From positions 1,248,001 through 1,312,000 of the forward strand of contig CAXXLX010000001.1 of the NCBI GenBank assembly GCA_963665235.2: a DNA stretch of 64,000 nt, read 5' to 3'. Of the stretch, positions 1 to 11,086 are shown in pieces; within the stretch, counting starts at the first letter, position 1; the number at the start of each line of letters is the position of its first letter. A program made the position numbers and the translations under genes. This DNA is from Candidatus Poribacteria bacterium (lineage in GTDB: Bacteria; Poribacteria; WGA-4E; WGA-3G). The notes under the pieces were generated by a model that worked only from the letters and a program-made list of their open reading frames with translations, made no database searches and was not told the origin of the DNA.

Positions 1-175
1 GACATTTTCAATTAGAAATGGTATTACAAGCTTATTTTTCGCGGGTATAGGTATCGTTTTTTCACATAATTTAAAACCTGTTGTAGACGAACACCGTATC
101 GGCGGTGTATCCCCTATGTATTAGACATTATGCCGGTTTAATTGTAGCATTCTAGTTCGTTAGCAGTGGCGGTGC

Positions 176-242
176 GTAGGGGCGGGGTCCCCCCGCCCGA
201 TTTGAAGCCCTGGTCATAGGGCGAGGTGACCTCGCCCCTACA
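176..242. repeat. GTAG-type REP doublet (REPIN/BIME-like)
   Basis: GTAG followed by palindrome gggcgggg-tc-ccccgccc, then an inverted copy gggcgagg-tga-cctcgccc-CTAC. Confidence 0.75.
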
Positions 243-532
243 ATGATGATATGGTTTCTAAAAGGTATCAGGTAGACGATTTATGAGATAAACTGTAAAC
301 ACATTAACTTCCCCAAAACACAACCCCTTAATCACAAAACTATGCTTGTTGCGTATTCATCACGATTGCAACGCCGTATTGTTTCGTTTAACTTGAAATA
401 TGTTGTTGGATGTGTTAATATGTTTTTAGGAGAGTCAATAAGAGTTGTATACTTGCTCCATTGTCCTATATTAATCCCAACTCCAGAGACTCGGGTTTTA
501 GATTTCCTAAAGACTAAAGAGATAATCACACT

Positions 533-1735
533 ATGCGTATACTCTGTGCCAATGTAGGTAGTACCTCGTTCAAATACCAAATTATTGATATGACCACTAC
601 CACCTCGCTTGTCAAGGGGGGTGTAGAACGTATCGGAAATTCACCATCCGCTTTCATGCATGCAGTGCCGGGCAAACCGATGCGCGAAGGTGAAATAGAT
701 GCCGAGACACATACAGACGCGATTGCACACGCCATTCAGCTCATCACCGATACTGAAGTCGGGTGTCTGGAGGACTTGTCACAATTGGATGGCGTTGGGT
801 TTAAAACCATTCTCGCTAAGGGCTATTGGCGTTCGGCCCGTATTACTGAAGATGTCATCGCTGCGCTAGAGGCATCTACACCGCTAGCTCCGATGCACAA
901 TCCCGCTTACATTTCAGCTATCCGTGCTTTTCAGGAGCTGCTGCCAACAACCCCGCTTGTCGCTGTTTTTGAGACGTGGTTTCATCAAACCCTCCCGGAT
1001 TACGCCTACGAATTCGGTGTGCCACGTTTTTGGGTAGAAAAACATGATATTCGGCGATACGGTTTCCACGGTGCCTCCCACCGTTACATCTCCGAACGCG
1101 TGCCACAGCTGCTTGGGCACAACGCGGACGCGCCTCTTCGGCTCATCTCTTGTCACCTCGGCGGCAGTTCTTCCATCTGTGCAATCAAAGATGGAAAATC
1201 TATTGATACCTCTATGGGCGCGTCAACGCAATACGGCATGATACAATCTACACGCTGCGGCGACTTAGATGCGTTTGCGGTGCTATATCTGATGGACAAG
1301 GAGGGATTCTCTACGGATGAGATACGTCGTCAGTTGATTGCGGAAGCGGGTGTTAAAGGCATCTCCGGTACCAGCGGGGACATGCGGGATGTAGAAGCAG
1401 CAATAAAAGCTGGCAACGATAACGCACGCTTAGCTCTACAGACATACATTTACGGTGTGAAGAAGTATATCGGCGCGTATATTGCCGCCCTCGGAGGTGT
1501 TGATGTCCTTGCCTTCGCGGGGGGTATCGGGGAGAAAAGTACTGCCACCCGTGCACAAGTCTGTGAGGGCCTTGAATGGTGCGGTATCCACTTAGACGCT
1601 GAAAAGAATGAAAAATCAATTGGAGAAGCCGACCTCTCTGCGGAGAACAGCCGTGTTAAAATTGTAGTCGTTTCCACGAATGAAGAAATTATCGTATCAC
1701 GTGAAACTGCCCGTGTGCTTAAGTCGGGCAAATAA
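533..1735 (+). CDS. ackA: acetate/propionate kinase
   Basis: N-terminal ANVGSTSFK, APMHNP, RRYGFHGASH, CHLGGSSS and TNEE motifs. Confidence 0.93.
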   Translation: MRILCANVGSTSFKYQIIDMTTTTSLVKGGVERIGNSPSAFMHAVPGKPMREGEIDAETHTDAIAHAIQLITDTEVGCLEDLSQLDGVGFKTILAKGYWRSARITEDVIAALEASTPLAPMHNPAYISAIRAFQELLPTTPLVAVFETWFHQTLPDYAYEFGVPRFWVEKHDIRRYGFHGASHRYISERVPQLLGHNADAPLRLISCHLGGSSSICAIKDGKSIDTSMGASTQYGMIQSTRCGDLDAFAVLYLMDKEGFSTDEIRRQLIAEAGVKGISGTSGDMRDVEAAIKAGNDNARLALQTYIYGVKKYIGAYIAALGGVDVLAFAGGIGEKSTATRAQVCEGLEWCGIHLDAEKNEKSIGEADLSAENSRVKIVVVSTNEEIIVSRETARVLKSGK

Positions 1736-1765
1736 GTGGCGTGAATTCGATAGAGATGATGCTTC

Positions 1766-2557
1766 TTAACCCGAATACTCCCGGTCCTGAAAAATTCGAA
1801 TAGCAAGCCACATCGCACCTACCACTATCAAACACAGCACTAACACCGCTCCCCACTCCGGAGGTGGGGCATCTCCTAAGAAATCTCTGAGCATTCCTCT
1901 GGCCATTTTGAAATCCGGAAATAACGTCAGGAGATAGTGTGAAAAAGAGAGCCGCTTGACACCCATCGGCATCGACGGAATTAACGTAATCCTTTCCCAA
2001 CCGAACACGAAAAGCAATCCCCATAGCACAGGATACTTGAACCGAACGGATAGAAGCACACCGAAGGCACCGTAAACGAGTAGTGCCAATGTGAGGGTGC
2101 CCATATATTGAAAACTCAATCCTAACACTAATAGACGTTCTCTTAGCTTCGGATGTGTTTGGATAATCCCTGTTAAAAGGAGGTGAGATGCTCCAATTAG
2201 GACAATGCTCCCGAGCAGGTATGCCGCAAATTTGCTAAGCAGAATCGATGATTTCCGAAGGGGCCGCATCTGGAGATATGTCAAACCTTTTCCGTCGATT
2301 TCATCAGAGATAATAGCGGTCCCGTAAAAAATGGCACACAAATTCGTCACAAACCCATAAAGAAAAAATGTTATGTGTGGGATAAAACTGTTCACGGTGC
2401 CTGAACCGCGTGCGGTGAAACGTAATATGAGCGCGATGCCAAGCGGCAGCACACATCCAATCAGAATCAGAAGGGCACGCCGACTCCAGAACAGCTGGCG
2501 GAGCGTCACTTTAAATAGAGCAAAATAGGCAGGGAACGAGTTTAGTTTGAGAGGCAT
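1766..2557 (-). CDS. ABC-2 type transporter permease
   Basis: About 6 hydrophobic segments and an ISDEIDGKGLTYLQMRPLRK motif. Confidence 0.8.
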   Translation of the reverse strand: MPLKLNSFPAYFALFKVTLRQLFWSRRALLILIGCVLPLGIALILRFTARGSGTVNSFIPHITFFLYGFVTNLCAIFYGTAIISDEIDGKGLTYLQMRPLRKSSILLSKFAAYLLGSIVLIGASHLLLTGIIQTHPKLRERLLVLGLSFQYMGTLTLALLVYGAFGVLLSVRFKYPVLWGLLFVFGWERITLIPSMPMGVKRLSFSHYLLTLFPDFKMARGMLRDFLGDAPPPEWGAVLVLCLIVVGAMWLAIRIFQDREYSG

Positions 2558-2684
2558 TCTATGAGCGTTTTAATCCTTGAATGTTTTTGAGTATCATGGT
2601 ACTATTTTAACATAGAATCAGGATGGACGCAAATTCAGAAGGGACCGAAGTTAGCAACGGCAATTATGAAAATTTAGGTGATAT

Positions 2685-3524
2685 ATGCTCAAAATCATTG
2701 ACACACACCAACACCTCTGGGATACCGCCAACTTAGAATATCCTTGGTTAGATGGGTTTGACCTACTTCAGCAGCGATATACTCCAGACGATTATAGAAA
2801 AGCTATCGGGGACCTTAACGTGGTTAAATCGGTCCACGTTGAAGGCGACCCGGCTGAGACGGATGTCGTTCAAGAGGTGGAATGGTTAACCGACATTGCA
2901 GAAACAGATGGCATGATAGGCGCGATAGCCGCTGCCGCTCCACTTGAAAAACCGAACGTTGAAGCTGTCCTTGAACAGCTCACAGCGTTTGACCGCGTTG
3001 TCGCAATCCGCCGGATGGCATGGCACCAGCCCAACAATCGGTTTTATGCTACGCCTGAACTGATTAACGGTGTGAAATTGTTGGCGAAATATAATCTCTC
3101 CTTTGAACTCTGTGCGAAACAGGACCAACTTCCCGCCGCAATTGAGCTAGTCAAAGCTACACCGAACATAAGGCATGCTGTTAACCACTGCGGCGGTCCA
3201 AATATAAAAGACAGCGAATTTGAACCGTGGGCAACCCACATGCACAAACTCGCTGCCTTTGAGAATGTCCACTGCAAAGTGTCCGGAATTGTAACGACTG
3301 CCAGCGAAAATTGGACACCTGAGGACTTAAAACCTTATATCCAACACCTTGTTGAGACGTTCGGTTATGGCCGGCTCATGTTTGGAAGCGATTGGCCTGT
3401 CTGCACCTTAGCTGCCGAGTATCAGGCGTGGGTGGATGCGCTCCTTTGGGCACTTGATGGCGCGTCCGATGCGGAGAAAGACCATCTGTTTTACGAAAAT
3501 GCTGCGGCGTTTTACAAAATATAG
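2685..3524 (+). CDS. amidohydrolase_2 family protein, L-fuconolactonase-like
   Basis: IDTHQHLW, NHCGGP, KVSG and MFGSDWPV motifs. Confidence 0.85.
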   Translation: MLKIIDTHQHLWDTANLEYPWLDGFDLLQQRYTPDDYRKAIGDLNVVKSVHVEGDPAETDVVQEVEWLTDIAETDGMIGAIAAAAPLEKPNVEAVLEQLTAFDRVVAIRRMAWHQPNNRFYATPELINGVKLLAKYNLSFELCAKQDQLPAAIELVKATPNIRHAVNHCGGPNIKDSEFEPWATHMHKLAAFENVHCKVSGIVTTASENWTPEDLKPYIQHLVETFGYGRLMFGSDWPVCTLAAEYQAWVDALLWALDGASDAEKDHLFYENAAAFYKI

Positions 3525-3616
3525 CAGGTTTTGCTGTCCAAACGGGTGTGTTATGTTTATAGAAGCAACAACACCCTAATCTATAATCACAAAACTTGGG
3601 GTGTTACGCACCTTAA

Positions 3617-3660
3617 AATCCGCGCAATCCGATAAATCCGCGATAATCCGCGATTCAGAC
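3617..3660. repeat. short tandem AATCCGC-type intergenic repeat
   Basis: aatccgcgc-aatccgata-aatccgcgat-aatccgcgattcaga; related reverse-strand copy at ~37832-37878. Confidence 0.6.
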
Positions 3661-3679
3661 AACTAAAATTGTCCAAAGT

Positions 3680-4585
3680 TTAGTCCATTAATACCTTGTA
3701 ATCGATGTTGACAAGTTCAATTCCATAAAGTGCCAATCTTTCCATAATAACTTCTATTGCAGGTATATTGCAATCAATTAAAATTGAGGAACGACTGTGC
3801 AGTGCTGCAGCTTCTCCAAGCGTCCCACTGCCAGCAAAAAAATCTAAAAGGGTATCGCCTTGTTCTGAATGCACCTTGACGATGCGATTAAGAACCCCGA
3901 GCGGTTTTTGGGTCGGATAACCGGTCTTTTCACTTCCATTGGTACTGACGATGGTATGCCACCAAACATCGGTTGGTGTTTTGCCACGCGCTGCCTTCGC
4001 TTTGCCGACCAACCCAGGGGCCATATATGGAATTCTATCCATCTCATCGAAATTGAAGGTGTAATGCTTCGGTGTTTTCGCGTACCATAAAATGTTATCG
4101 TGTTTCGCGGGCCAGCGCGACTTGGGTCTGCCGCCGTAATCGTAAGCCCAAATAATCTCGTTGATAAAGGAGTCTCGACCGAAAATTCCGTCAAGTATCA
4201 CCTTACAATAGTGCACCGCGCGATAATCAATATGAAGGAAGAAGCTACCATGAGGATGCAGCACTCGATATGCCTCCTCAAAACGGGGACGTAAAAACTG
4301 CAAATAGTCATCTAAACTTTCAAACTTATCGGTATAATATATGGTTTTAACTTTGCGAGTTCGGTAGGTCTTGCCTTGGAAACCCACGCGGTCGCCTTGG
4401 GCATCCGGTTCAACTTTAATTTCAGTGCGCTGTTGAAGTTTTCCGGTGTTAAAGGGCGGGTCAATGTAAATCAAGTTGACGCTCTCGTCAGGAACATGTT
4501 CCTGAAGAATCGAGAGGTTATCACCATAATAGAGTTGATGATTGCATATTTGATTGTCTTCTTTAAACGCGATAGGTAATTGCAC
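3680..4585 (-). CDS. N6A/N4C DNA methyltransferase (beta class), orphan
   Basis: DPPF catalytic motif precedes YPTQKP and DFFAGSG SAM-binding motif; no adjacent endonuclease. Confidence 0.9.
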   Translation of the reverse strand: MQLPIAFKEDNQICNHQLYYGDNLSILQEHVPDESVNLIYIDPPFNTGKLQQRTEIKVEPDAQGDRVGFQGKTYRTRKVKTIYYTDKFESLDDYLQFLRPRFEEAYRVLHPHGSFFLHIDYRAVHYCKVILDGIFGRDSFINEIIWAYDYGGRPKSRWPAKHDNILWYAKTPKHYTFNFDEMDRIPYMAPGLVGKAKAARGKTPTDVWWHTIVSTNGSEKTGYPTQKPLGVLNRIVKVHSEQGDTLLDFFAGSGTLGEAAALHSRSSILIDCNIPAIEVIMERLALYGIELVNIDYKVLMD

Positions 4586-4710
4586 AACTTGCTACCTTTC
4601 CATTGTTATATTATGGTGGAATTATAGCAGCGTTACGATAATTTATCAAATCGTCCACGGAGGCGAAGGTGGCAACTTAGGTTATGATATGCAATCAGTT
4701 TTGATGTATC

Positions 4711-4748
4711 TAACAGATATAGCGTGACTTTTTACGCTATATCTGTTA
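4711..4748. terminator. long hairpin downstream of the SPOR gene
   Basis: taacagatatagcgt / acgctatatctgtta perfect 15-bp stem. Confidence 0.6.
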
Positions 4749-4789
4749 AAATACCTTCGCCAAAAGTTCAAACCGTGGCAAGATAACAC

Positions 4790-6700
4790 CTATTGCAGCG
4801 TAATTAACATAGGTTCAACACCTTGCGACTCTTGGATTTGCTGCTTGAGTGTTGCTGCGTCCGTTCGCGCGGCGAATTCTCCAATTGTCACGCGATGCCT
4901 CGTTTTCCCTTCAACCGCTACAGTGTATATCTTCACCTTATCACTGGGGTATAACTGTTGTAGATTCTCGACGAGCATATCGGCATTGTGTCGTTCGGCG
5001 AAAGAGCCAACCATCAAGCTAAATTTCGGCTTCGTCACCGGTGTCTGGGAGGCTGTGCCCAATTGCAACTGTGTTTCTTGGGCACTCTGATTACCAGCTA
5101 TGTCTTGAACGCTCAGTTTGCAGGTGTATGTTCCCGGGGCCAACGTCGGAATCTTTGTGAGTGCAACCGAGGCGGGGGGTGAACCGTCCCCTTCAGTTTT
5201 TTCGAGCAGCTCTTTAGCTGCATTGAAAATCTCAAGTTTCCAATTGACAAGCGGATTGATATCCCACACTTTTATACCGACACTTGCTGCAGTCTCCTGA
5301 AAGATTTCCAGGGTTGCTGGTATCAGGTCAACCGTAACTTTTTCACTCTTTCTCAGTTGGGGTGTGCCTTGGGCATCAAAAACGTAAAATTCCACTGCGT
5401 AGTCGCCATCAAGTACCAATTTGCCCGTATTTCCGGTGCCGTCCCAGACAATGTCTTCCGAGGGAGGCCCGGTGCCAGATTTTTCCCAAACCGTTTCTGT
5501 ATATTCATCCCGCAGTATCAACTGCCATTTATCGTTAGGGTTGACACTAAAACGAAATGTGGTGCTATCTGCAATACCATCGTTGTCTGGTGAGATTGCG
5601 CGTTCGGAGAGTTGCAATTCGCCAGCAGGTATTTCAACAACCGGTGTATCTGGTGTAATCTTTTTAGGCATCAGAATTGGCGCGGTTTCAGCTGGTTTTG
5701 CAGCATCTACCTGCTTTGTGTCCGCGGCAGGTGCTGGTACAAATGCCTCGCGAGGACCACCCCATCGGAGTGTCGCAGAAATCCAGTGTAACCCGGCTTC
5801 TAACTCGTTGCCATTGACATAAGCGTAATCCAACTGACCTGCTGAATTTCGGAGGCTTAATCCTTGTGTCCATTCGCCTTGGCTGAATCTATTAACAGCT
5901 GTCAAGGCGGTATATCCTACCCGTGCGCCGAGATGTCCATGCAGAAACCACCGTTCCGCTCCGAAATGTAACCGAACCCGTTCTCCCCAATTAGCGACAT
6001 CGTTTTGTCCGCGGATAACCATGTCGGCGGAGAATAGGGTTTCACTGTTTAAATTATAGATTGTTCCGAACCGCGCCGCTAGGGGCGCGTTCTCAACTAA
6101 TTTTCCCGCCTCACGAATCCCGTTGCTCAACTCCGATAGGTTAACACCTACTGTGAGAGAGTCGCCAAATTTTTTTAACGGATACGCGAACTGCATGCCC
6201 AAATCTAAACTCCACAAAAAGTTTTTCCGAAGTGACGTGTTGTTCTGGTAGTAGCGCAGGTTCATACCTGCTGAAGCACGTGGACTTAAGGCAAAACCGT
6301 ACCCTAAAAGGACAATCTGGGTTGATTCGGTGGCGTTTCTATCCCATCCATCAAACCAGGATGCTGCGGAGAGATTTCCGATATTTCTTTTCGTCAACCC
6401 TAAGGTATAAGGATTTGCCGACAGTGAAAATGCCCGGGATGCCCCAGAAGGTGCCCCCGAGAAGGGAATACCGCCCATGTTCAGTTCCAACCCATCCATA
6501 AAACCGAGAGAAGATGGATTCCACAAAAACCCGCTGCTCGTTGAAGGGCCAGCGGTGAACGCACTTCCCATACCGACTGCTCGCGCACTCGCCCCAACAA
6601 AAATATCACGATGACTGATGCCAGAAGCTCCAACCGTAACCGAAACGTTTCCTAACATCATAACCAAAAAACTGATAATACCTAGAATTTTTAATTGCAT
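4790..6700 (-). CDS. secreted protein: PorV/FadL-like N-terminal barrel, FlgD-Ig-like region and C-terminal SPOR domain
   Basis: Signal peptide; GASARAVGMGSAFTA..WNPS; ISPDNDGIAD and WDGT..G.LV.DGDY; VGSF....NA and HRVTIGEF. Confidence 0.7.
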   Translation of the reverse strand: MQLKILGIISFLVMMLGNVSVTVGASGISHRDIFVGASARAVGMGSAFTAGPSTSSGFLWNPSSLGFMDGLELNMGGIPFSGAPSGASRAFSLSANPYTLGLTKRNIGNLSAASWFDGWDRNATESTQIVLLGYGFALSPRASAGMNLRYYQNNTSLRKNFLWSLDLGMQFAYPLKKFGDSLTVGVNLSELSNGIREAGKLVENAPLAARFGTIYNLNSETLFSADMVIRGQNDVANWGERVRLHFGAERWFLHGHLGARVGYTALTAVNRFSQGEWTQGLSLRNSAGQLDYAYVNGNELEAGLHWISATLRWGGPREAFVPAPAADTKQVDAAKPAETAPILMPKKITPDTPVVEIPAGELQLSERAISPDNDGIADSTTFRFSVNPNDKWQLILRDEYTETVWEKSGTGPPSEDIVWDGTGNTGKLVLDGDYAVEFYVFDAQGTPQLRKSEKVTVDLIPATLEIFQETAASVGIKVWDINPLVNWKLEIFNAAKELLEKTEGDGSPPASVALTKIPTLAPGTYTCKLSVQDIAGNQSAQETQLQLGTASQTPVTKPKFSLMVGSFAERHNADMLVENLQQLYPSDKVKIYTVAVEGKTRHRVTIGEFAARTDAATLKQQIQESQGVEPMLITLQ

Positions 6701-6877
6701 TGTATAGACTCCACTGTTGTTTTTAAACTTAAGTAAGATTTTTCCCCTTTACTTAAAACGTTAAAATTACTAATATGGGTACAAATCAGCTAAGAATGTA
6801 TGTGACCGAACGGTGAAATGAGAATTGTCCGAATTTCGGGACGCCCTCTGATTGCCGAGTCAATCCCCAAAAAATAA

Positions 6878-6905
6878 TGCAACCTTTCTTTCTTTAAAAC
6901 TCGTC
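6878..6905 (+). promoter_or_regulatory. putative ECF-type promoter upstream of the ECF sigma gene
   Basis: tgcAACc - 17 nt - CGTC, about 40 nt upstream of the ATG; GGAGG RBS follows. Confidence 0.5.
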
Positions 6906-6945
6906 ACTATATTTAAAAAGGACCTTACAGCGCAGGAGGATTTTT

Positions 6946-9900
6946 ATGGAAATTCATGATGCTGAACTGATTCAACGGACACTGGCCGGTGACCAAACAG
7001 CATTTACCGCCCTTGTGGAAAGATACTATAAGGGAATTCATGCACTTGCATGGCGGAAAATTGAGGATTTTCATATCGCCGAAGAAATTACACAAGATAC
7101 CTTTCTCAGAGCTTATGAACGACTCAAAACTTTGAAAGACCCTAGCTTATTTGCAGGATGGATATATGTTATTGCTACTCACCTCTGCACCGAATGGCAC
7201 CGAAAAAAACGACTCCCGATGCAATCTCTAGAGGCTACGAATCCCATAGAACTTGAGGAGGTGGCACACGCACAATACATGGTACAAAAACGAGACGCTG
7301 AAATTGCCGAAACCCGCCGTGAAGTCGTCCAAAAACTGCTCCAAAAACTACCGGAAAGTGAGCGCACCGTCATGACGCTCCATTACCTCGGAGAAATGAC
7401 ATGTGAGACGATTAGCAAACTACTCGGGGTATCACCGAATACCGTTAAAAGCCGGCTCAGTCGCGCACGCAACCGGTTACGGGAAGAGGAAGAGCTGCTC
7501 CAAAAAAATCTCAGCAGTTTTCAACACTCACCCCGACTTGTAGAAAACATTATGCGGAGAATCTCACAGCACAAGCCCGCCGACCCTGTGTCAAGCAAAC
7601 CTTTGGTACCATGGGGGCTCTCTGTTACCTCTGCTATTTTAGTCCTATTGCTGATGGGTATCGGTGTGCAATATCTGTTGCTTGCCCGCCAACCTTACGA
7701 TGTCAATCCCGAATCAGTCCTAGCGGTTGAAATTATTGACGCGCCTACCCGTTTTGCAAATGAAATAAAACCTGCACTGCGTAATTCTCCCGGGAACACC
7801 GATATTCCTAATAAAAGCCGAGGCACTGGCGAGAAAACGGATTTGCCTGAAAAGGCACAGCTGACTGAGGTTGCTCCAATACTTGAAACAGAACCGCCAC
7901 GTCCAAGAAACCGATGGTCCCAACTTGACAGTCCTGAGGCGACAAAAGTCAACACACTTTTTACAACAGACGCAAACGACCTTTACGCGGTAACGCAAAC
8001 GGGTCTTTATAGACTCGCAGCTGATGACAAAGGATGGCATCTCATTAACAGTAGCCTCCCAATTACGCCGCATAATAGAATGCCGATGGCTGAACACAAC
8101 GGCATGACCTATATTGTAACTGATGATGCAATACTCACCTCACAGGATAAGGGGGAGACGTGGAAACCGCTCGGGCACCGTCCGAAGGGGCGACCCATCG
8201 GTTTGATAGTCCGAGAGGACACTCACAACGTTATTGAACTTTACCTCGCCCTCATCCCCGGTGTATTCCGTTCTGATGATGGCGGAAACTCATGGAAACT
8301 GCTGAACAACGGGATGGTAGACAGAAAAATCTATCTACTCGCTTCTCATGAAAACACCCTCTTTGCCGGAACCGACAGCGGACTCTTCCGTTTAAACTTG
8401 AAGCCAATAGCGGAAAACCGTGATGTATGGGAACAATTACCGGTAGCCGAATCTAAACCCATTCATTCATTCGCAGTGTCCGGGCCCCAACTTTATGTCG
8501 TGGCAGGAGTCCTCGGAATTCTTGGTGATATGAATCTTATGAATGGAATAAAGACGTTGATGAAAAAAAAGTCTTTATGGACAATTTTCCGTTCAGCGGA
8601 CCAGGGCAATTCATGGACAGATATAACACCGGGAGGCGATTTTCAAAACAGGGCGGGACCGACGAATCTCAAGATTGTTGCTACAGAAAAAACGGTCATC
8701 TTAATTGGGGTAGGAGTCACTTTACGTTCAACCGATGAAGGGAAAACATGGATACCTATTGATAAGGCGGTATCCTCAGGACGTTCCTTAGGGCCAAGTG
8801 TCGTTGCTACTTTGAAAGTAGAAAGTAGCAGTGAATCCGCTAATCAACAGCAATCTACAGATGTCAAGTATCAATTTTACATCGGGGATTCCAACGGAAT
8901 CCATCTGTCAACGGATAGCGGCAATTCGTGGAAACAATTTAATACCGGCTTAGGGGGCAAAATACATAATCTCACTGTTTTTAATAATAACCTCTACGCA
9001 ATAGCGAATTACCAACTCATTACATCAACCGATGGTGGTCAATCATGGGAAGCAATTTTTGTGGAATTAGGCGGTACACATATTACGCTTAAGGACAAAA
9101 AGATACCCCTAACCAAAGCAGACGTCCGACAAATAACGGACGCAGATGGAATCCTTTACGCAAAAGGGGATATAGGATTGGAACTGAGACTCTTTCGCTT
9201 GGATGAAGAAAATAGAGTGCTTATCCCTATCCAAGGTGTTCCTACCCTTGGTGAAAGGAATCCCATAGTAGCATTTATGAAGATGCTACAGACATCTATG
9301 GCGGATGATGCGGAAAATGCTGCCAATAATCTTCAATCGAAATTTCTTAGCATGGGAGCAGATATCTTCGGAGCATTTGCTATCAGTGGAAGGACATTCT
9401 ATGTTGAGCATAAGCGGAAACTTCTAATATGGCACGTTTCATCGCAAACGAACAACGATATAGAGTGGTCCGATACCAATATAGCGGATACTCGCGACCT
9501 TGCAGACCTCGCTTCATTTAATAGTTTCAAGTTAGCCGTTTCTGGCGACACCGCTTACGTTGGCAAACCTGATGGCATTCTATTGCGCTCCGTTGATGGC
9601 GGAAACAGTTGGGAAACCGTACCGCTGCCGATGCCAGTTGATTCTTTCAAACAAATTCTCATCGCCAACGCAACCGTTTATGTCGCCACTGACAAAGGGG
9701 CTTTTCATTCAAGCGATGGCATTAACTGGCGGCCCATCATCGATTCAGATGGACGACACCTTATAATAGACTGTTTTGCTACGGATAGGACAACTTTGTA
9801 TGCTATGGCGACTTCAAAATATGAAAAGGGGGGTGTCTATCGATTGACAAGTACCGATACCACTTGGAAACGGATTGCCTCAGATGCCCCAGACAATGTT

Positions 9901-10062
9901 AACTCTATTGCTGTCGCGGATGGCACGGTTTATGTCGGTACAGAAAGTAGCGGGTTGCAACGCCTCGCGCTTGACGACTTGTCAGGCAAAGGCAATCTCA
10001 AACATGCGGCGACAGGTCTACAGAAACGCGACCCCGGACAAATAGAGTTGGAAACGGATTAA
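6946..10062 (+). CDS. ECF sigma factor fused to a TM helix and a BNR/Asp-box beta-propeller
   Basis: sigma2 (AEEITQDTF..AY, FAGWIY) and sigma4 (LPESER..GVSPNTVKSRLSRAR); TM near aa 222-246; repeated SxDxGxxW. Confidence 0.88.
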   Translation: MEIHDAELIQRTLAGDQTAFTALVERYYKGIHALAWRKIEDFHIAEEITQDTFLRAYERLKTLKDPSLFAGWIYVIATHLCTEWHRKKRLPMQSLEATNPIELEEVAHAQYMVQKRDAEIAETRREVVQKLLQKLPESERTVMTLHYLGEMTCETISKLLGVSPNTVKSRLSRARNRLREEEELLQKNLSSFQHSPRLVENIMRRISQHKPADPVSSKPLVPWGLSVTSAILVLLLMGIGVQYLLLARQPYDVNPESVLAVEIIDAPTRFANEIKPALRNSPGNTDIPNKSRGTGEKTDLPEKAQLTEVAPILETEPPRPRNRWSQLDSPEATKVNTLFTTDANDLYAVTQTGLYRLAADDKGWHLINSSLPITPHNRMPMAEHNGMTYIVTDDAILTSQDKGETWKPLGHRPKGRPIGLIVREDTHNVIELYLALIPGVFRSDDGGNSWKLLNNGMVDRKIYLLASHENTLFAGTDSGLFRLNLKPIAENRDVWEQLPVAESKPIHSFAVSGPQLYVVAGVLGILGDMNLMNGIKTLMKKKSLWTIFRSADQGNSWTDITPGGDFQNRAGPTNLKIVATEKTVILIGVGVTLRSTDEGKTWIPIDKAVSSGRSLGPSVVATLKVESSSESANQQQSTDVKYQFYIGDSNGIHLSTDSGNSWKQFNTGLGGKIHNLTVFNNNLYAIANYQLITSTDGGQSWEAIFVELGGTHITLKDKKIPLTKADVRQITDADGILYAKGDIGLELRLFRLDEENRVLIPIQGVPTLGERNPIVAFMKMLQTSMADDAENAANNLQSKFLSMGADIFGAFAISGRTFYVEHKRKLLIWHVSSQTNNDIEWSDTNIADTRDLADLASFNSFKLAVSGDTAYVGKPDGILLRSVDGGNSWETVPLPMPVDSFKQILIANATVYVATDKGAFHSSDGINWRPIIDSDGRHLIIDCFATDRTTLYAMATSKYEKGGVYRLTSTDTTWKRIASDAPDNVNSIAVADGTVYVGTESSGLQRLALDDLSGKGNLKHAATGLQKRDPGQIELETD

Positions 10063-10313
10063 ACGTGTAGAACGAACGCAAAGAGATTCCCCGTTCTACG
10101 GGGATATGAGAGATGCCCAATGCCTCTGGTGTATAAACGGATAGGGCACCTGAAGTTTACCAGAGAAATCTGGAGCGTCAGAGGCAAGGGCATGTCTCTT
10201 TTATTGAATAGACTACGTCTCCAAAAACGGAGAATAGACTCATCTAGTCAACCCGTATAATGAGACTCGATTATTCATTTGGCGGAAAAAACAAAAGGAG
10301 ATTTTACTCTGAT

Positions 10314-10874
10314 ATGTACAAAAATTTAGGTAAACAAAACGGCCTTACATTATGCATGTTAGCCGCTCTTATTTTCACAGTGTGTTTCACGCTAGGGTGC
10401 GAAAATGTTTCATCAACAGCTCTGCTTAACGCATTTAGCGAAAGTGATGATTTCGACATTAATATAAGTCGGACGGTTACGGTAACACTCCAAGAACCGG
10501 CTGAAGGATGGAAGTGGTATTACCGGCAAAGCGACTTTCACAGAATATAGCAGCAGCTCGAGCGTTTAGCGCAATTCTGAACTTTGATATTGAGATTCAG
10601 AATGCAGTTCCGGACCGCCGATATGTCGCACATATCTATTCTGGTAACAGCTGTGACGCGCCCGGTAGCATCTGGCAAAATATCAGTTCAGCCTATTCGG
10701 AGTTTCACAGCTGATGAAAACGGTATTGGGAAACTCGACTTTCCCACAAGCCTCACTATTGACACCAATCCGGAAACTGATATACTCGGTAAAGTGATTG
10801 TTATTCACGGCGGCGTTGAAACCGACGATTTAGCAGGGGGCACACTCGTGAGTTGTGGTGTCATAACCCAATAG
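10314..10874 (+). pseudogene. frameshifted Cu/Zn superoxide dismutase-like lipoprotein
   Basis: LGC lipobox; GSGITGKATFTE, AHIYSGNSC and ILGKVIVIHGG..AGGTLVSCGVI segments lie in successive frames. Confidence 0.65.
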
Positions 10875-11028
10875 ATTTCAATTTAATGGCGTGCTTTGTA
10901 AGCGCGCCATTCCCTCCATTCTTCTATCCTTCCATTTTTTCCTTTCTCCTCTTTGTAAAGTCGCGAGCCCAGCTCGCTCCTACAGAAGAAAAGTAAAATA
11001 TTTACGTACCTTACAAACGAAAAAAAGC

Positions 11029-11056
11029 TTGCATTTTTTCACATTTATGGTATAAT
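11029..11056 (+). promoter_or_regulatory. sigma70 promoter of the molybdo-hydroxylase operon
   Basis: TTGCAT - 16 nt - TATAAT with extended TG. Confidence 0.6.
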
Positions 11057-11086
11057 TTTTTTTAATATCTAAAGCGAAAGGAGATT

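Noticed and set aside
3680-4585. restriction-modification system
   Set aside because: No nuclease or specificity gene adjacent
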